Shown one piece after another: positions 46,971-49,779 of a stretch of 49,779 nucleotides of DNA; the stretch's first letter is position 1, and each line of letters starts with the position of its first letter. Under the pieces are notes generated by a model. The model saw only the letters and a list, made by a program, of their open reading frames with translations. It had not been told where the DNA came from and did not search any database. The position numbers were made by a program, and so were the translations under genes. This stretch comes from a virus. Location of the stretch: positions 1 to 49,779 of IMG/VR virus record IMGVR_UViG_3300047178_000244, one strand, 5' to 3'.

Positions 46971-47112
46971 GACGGTTACTCCTCGGGGTGGATGAGGACA
47001 GCGTCCTCTGTGCCGATGGTAACCGATGCCGATGCACGGGTGCACGGGTGTTGATGGGGTAGACAGGGTGGGGTGGGTAGCCTGGGAATGGCTTCGCCAG
47101 TCGCCCCGATAC

Positions 47113-47154
47113 ATCAGATCCTTTTTTACATCCCGACCGAGCGCGAATGTCCCC
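47113..47154. repeat. 42-bp perfect direct repeat copy 1 (ATCAGATCCTTTTTTACATCCCGACCGAGCGCGAATGTCCCC)
   Basis: Identical to 47254..47295. The imperfect flank GG(A)ATGGCTTCGCC is also repeated (47086 and 47223). Period is 141 bp. Confidence 0.95.
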
Positions 47155-47253
47155 TCGCCGGGGTGAGGTTACCTGCGGGTAGGTCACGGAGGCCGGGTCG
47201 GTTGCGTCTACGGTGGATGACCGGGATGGCTTCGCCCGGGCTAGGCCGAGGAT

Positions 47254-47295
47254 ATCAGATCCTTTTTTACATCCCGACCGAGCGCGAATGTCCCC
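47254..47295. repeat. 42-bp perfect direct repeat copy 2
   Basis: Identical to 47113..47154. It lies 104 nt upstream of the replicase start. Confidence 0.95.
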
Positions 47296-47398
47296 ACGAG
47301 TTCCTTGCGGGATGCGAGCTGCGGGGGGACCATAAGAAAGACCCGGATCATCGCCCCTGCCAGGGCTCCCCGGGTCTGTCTTGGTCAACGAGGAAAAT

Positions 47399-48883
47399 AT
47401 GAGCGTCCCCACCGCAAGCGTCAACACGCTTCCCGCGCCCACGTGCCTGCGCCCCTCCGAGATGCCCACGGGCACATGGGGCGATGCCTACGTGCTCAGC
47501 CACCGCCAGCTCGGCCTGGATGCATCCGCCGAACGGGCTCGCAAGCGCCTGCTGGAACGGGAACGCCGCCACCGTCAGATCGCGGACGGCACCGCGCAGC
47601 CCCTGACGGCAGACCAGTTGGCCATGGCCGAGCACGTGGGCGAGCGCCGGAAGTCCTTGGCCGCCCTGGTACGGCTGAGGCTTGACATCGGCTTCAGGCA
47701 CCCCGGCGGCCCGGTCGCGGGCAACCCCGCCTACCAGCGGGCCCCGTTCATCCACGAGGGCCTCATCTCGCACGAACACCCGCTGCTGGCGCTGTTCACT
47801 TCGAAGGTCCCCCGTGCGAAGCGGCTGCGGACCGGAGACCACAAGGCGGACAGCGTCACCACCGACAGCAAGCTCCTGGCGCTGGATGCCGCCTACGTCG
47901 AAGGAAACAAGGCCTGCGCCGGATACGTCCGGGTGGACATGGACGGCGACTTCACGTGGGATGAGCTCGAGGCAGTCTGCCAGGAAGCCCGCATCCCGGC
48001 GCCCAACCTCGTCGTGGGCTACCAGGACGAGCGCGGCAGGGTGCTGAGCCCTCACCTGATCTGGCTGCTCGCGGCGTCGGTGCCGATGTCCGACAACGCC
48101 CTCTGCAAGCGCTTCCGCGGGCTCTACCACGGCGTTGCCCGGGGGCTGGTGAAAGCCCTCCTGCCCTACGGCGCGGACGTCGGCGGCCTCCTGAACGCCC
48201 ACCGGGTAAAGAACCCCGTCAGCCCGCTGTGGGACCGTCGCGTGGTCGCCCAGGAGCCCTACGACCTCGGCTTCCTGAAGGAGCACGTGGACTGCACGAT
48301 CGGCCGCCACGCCCTGGAGAGGATGCATGCCGCCCTGCACGGCGACGACATCGGTGCCTTCTCCGACCATCCCGATGCGGCCACGGCCACGCAGAGCAAC
48401 CGGTTCTTCTTCGAGCTGGCCGGTTGGGCAAGGAAAGAGGTCGGCAAGGCCCGTCGGGCCAAGGTGGGCGAGCAGGAGTTCGGCGCCCTGGTGGCGATCC
48501 AGGCGTGCGAGCTGGCGGCTCGGATGACCGGCGACGCGGCGCGCAGCGAGCACCAGGCACTGGCCGCGGCCAGCAACGTCAGCCGGTGGACCTGGAACAC
48601 GTTCAAAGGGAGAAAGCCCGTGCGGGTTACGAACAATGCCCAGGAGCTCAAGGAGCGAAACGCGACGGGCGGCAGGACGGCCGCGGCGAAGCGCAAGCAG
48701 TCGTCGCGCGACATCATCCTGGCCGCGGTCCGGCGCCTGTCGGTAGATCTCGGACGCCGCCCGACGCAGCCGGAGGTCCTCGCGGAGGCACGTGGCCCTG
48801 GCATCACGAACGTGAAGACAATCAAGCGCCACTGGAAAGCGGTGCTTGAATCCCTTCAGCCTGGCCAAGCGCCGGGGCTATGA
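47399..48883 (+). CDS. Replication initiator, plasmid-type replicase/primase with a PriCT-like motif
   Basis: LSPHLIWLL resembles the Replicase-family motif. QSNRFFFELAGWARKEV resembles the PriCT_1 motif (RN..lF...r.wA). GAGGAAAA RBS precedes ATG 47399. Confidence 0.7.
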   Translation: MSVPTASVNTLPAPTCLRPSEMPTGTWGDAYVLSHRQLGLDASAERARKRLLERERRHRQIADGTAQPLTADQLAMAEHVGERRKSLAALVRLRLDIGFRHPGGPVAGNPAYQRAPFIHEGLISHEHPLLALFTSKVPRAKRLRTGDHKADSVTTDSKLLALDAAYVEGNKACAGYVRVDMDGDFTWDELEAVCQEARIPAPNLVVGYQDERGRVLSPHLIWLLAASVPMSDNALCKRFRGLYHGVARGLVKALLPYGADVGGLLNAHRVKNPVSPLWDRRVVAQEPYDLGFLKEHVDCTIGRHALERMHAALHGDDIGAFSDHPDAATATQSNRFFFELAGWARKEVGKARRAKVGEQEFGALVAIQACELAARMTGDAARSEHQALAAASNVSRWTWNTFKGRKPVRVTNNAQELKERNATGGRTAAAKRKQSSRDIILAAVRRLSVDLGRRPTQPEVLAEARGPGITNVKTIKRHWKAVLESLQPGQAPGL

Positions 48884-48920
48884 TTTCATCACGCGCTGGT
48901 TGGCTCCGGCGACTAAACTC

Positions 48921-48957
48921 AGGCCTCCGGAGCATGCTCGCGGAGGCCTTTTTCTTG
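48921..48957 (+). terminator. Rho-independent terminator after the replicase gene
   Basis: AGGCCTCCG-GAGCATGCTCG-CGGAGGCCT followed by TTTTTCTTG. Confidence 0.75.
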
Positions 48958-49195
48958 CCCGCGAACCCCGGCAATCAACCGGCTTATCCCCGGCAGAATA
49001 CCGTAAAATGCCGGGTGCAGACGGTGCGCCAGGGCGCTCTCGAACGCCTTTGCCGTTCTCCGGAAATGTGTTTCACAGCAGCGTAGAAAGCGTTGCACCG
49101 GGTTCTGAGTATTAGGCCCAGGGAGCTCTCGACCGAACGAGGAAGGCCGCCACCGGCGCTGCGCGCGGCGATGTCAGACGAGTCATCCAAGACGA

Positions 49196-49779
49196 TCAGG
49201 CGGACGGCGAAACCGGTTGACGCGAGCGCGGACCGTTGCGGCGCACGCAGGCAACGGCATCCGCGGACACGCCAGGCCTCGGCGGCGACTTCGAGCCCCA
49301 GCCATCGCGGGATTTTCCATAACTCCTGAACGCGCTGCGCTCGGCGAGGTGACCCATGGATGCCGCGAGCTCGGCGGGGTCGCCAGCCTTTCCATTCGCG
49401 GCGTACTGGTGCCTGAACGAGTAGAGCGTGATTTTCCTCGTCCTCTTCGGCCACAGCTTGAGGTTCATGCGCCGGAGTAGGTCACTGCAGGCGTCCTGGT
49501 GTTTTCCGTAGTCGCCCTCGGCGACCCACCTCGCGCCGCGCTGCACCATGTGGCGTACGGCCGCGAAGTCGGCGGGGGCCAATGTTGACAATTCGAGGTG
49601 CCGCGTCGGTCCTAGCCCGCGCCATCCTTCGCCGTGCTTCGCGTTCCGGACGGTGAGCACGCGGCCTTCCACCTTTGCCGATGACCACTCGCATGGCCGC
49701 AGCCCGGTCAGCACGCCCGCCACGATCCAGTCGCGCAGCGCGGGCGCATGCATGCTCTTGCTGCGACCAATTTCCGTAA
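49196..49779 (-). CDS. Second tyrosine recombinase, C-terminal catalytic part
   Basis: Catalytic-domain motifs are TGLRPCEW (Arg), LYSFRHQYAAN (H-x-x-R) and MGHLAERSAFRSYGK (His and Tyr region). The ORF runs into the terminal repeat. Confidence 0.8.
   Translation of the reverse strand, partial: TEIGRSKSMHAPALRDWIVAGVLTGLRPCEWSSAKVEGRVLTVRNAKHGEGWRGLGPTRHLELSTLAPADFAAVRHMVQRGARWVAEGDYGKHQDACSDLLRRMNLKLWPKRTRKITLYSFRHQYAANGKAGDPAELAASMGHLAERSAFRSYGKSRDGWGSKSPPRPGVSADAVACVRRNGPRSRQPVSPSA
49653..49779. repeat. Terminal direct repeat copy 2 (identical to 1..127)
   Basis: Same 127-bp string as 1..127. Confidence 0.95.

Noticed and set aside
47056-47077. G-quadruplex motif GGGG-N6-GGG-N1-GGGG-N1-GGG upstream of the 46970 operon.
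   Set aside because: G-tract runs are frequent in DNA of this GC content. There is no second copy or other supporting context.
47073-47402. 109-aa ORF reading through both 42-bp repeats (…QILFYIPTERECP… twice) as a repeat-containing protein.
   Set aside because: It has no RBS. The rest of the ORF is Arg/Gly/Pro-rich filler and it runs into the replicase start. The in-frame period (141 bp) may be coincidental. I kept it only as a note under the repeat finding.
1-49779. CRISPR arrays, IS elements or transposases, rRNA genes, a retron or DGR reverse transcriptase, and toxin-antitoxin pairs.
   Set aside because: No regularly spaced repeat array, DDE or serine transposase motif, RT motif (YxDD) or rRNA-like sequence was seen on either strand while reading the window. 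Absence is by eye only and should be confirmed computationally.

Overview
The window is one complete, circularly closed molecule. Bases 1..127 are repeated exactly at 49653..49779, so the unique sequence is about 49,652 bp. It is high-GC (about two thirds by eye) and reads as a temperate, tailed phage genome.

Layout:
- Lysogeny region (about 1..3300 plus the window end): a CI-like repressor, an excisionase-like HTH, an integrase, and an attP containing the 3' end of a tRNA-Glu-like gene. A second tyrosine recombinase has its ORF split by the window junction.
- Accessory plus-strand block (3512..6550): includes a type II restriction-modification pair, an MT-A70 methyltransferase and a BglII/BamHI-like endonuclease.
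- Minus-strand late region (37902 down to 6547): terminase small and large subunits, a lambda-like head module (gpW, portal, S49 protease, scaffold, decoration, gpE-like capsid), a Mu-like contractile tail and baseplate, fibres and tailspike, and a lysis cassette.
- Mosaic early region (37900..49200): short divergent operons carrying an HTH-metallophosphatase, SANT/GcrA-like regulators, a RuvC-like resolvase and a plasmid-type replicase/primase.

Most unusual observations:
1. A soluble FtsH-like AAA+/M41 protease is translationally coupled to a small metallophosphoesterase (42340..44894).
2. A six-gene island is transcribed antisense inside the head module between terL and gpW. It has its own divergent HTH gene and a duplicated 5' leader element (29152..33064).
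3. A gpW head-tail joining domain is fused to about 485 aa made of four Ig-like repeats.
4. Two recurrent DNA motifs partition the genome. GGATCGGAG(A/C)C occurs six times, always on the late strand. A TGCACA-NN-TGC operator-like 12-mer lies in seven early or accessory intergenic regions.
5. Two perfect 42-bp direct repeats lie next to the replicase gene.

All functional calls come from motif recognition by eye. No database search was run.
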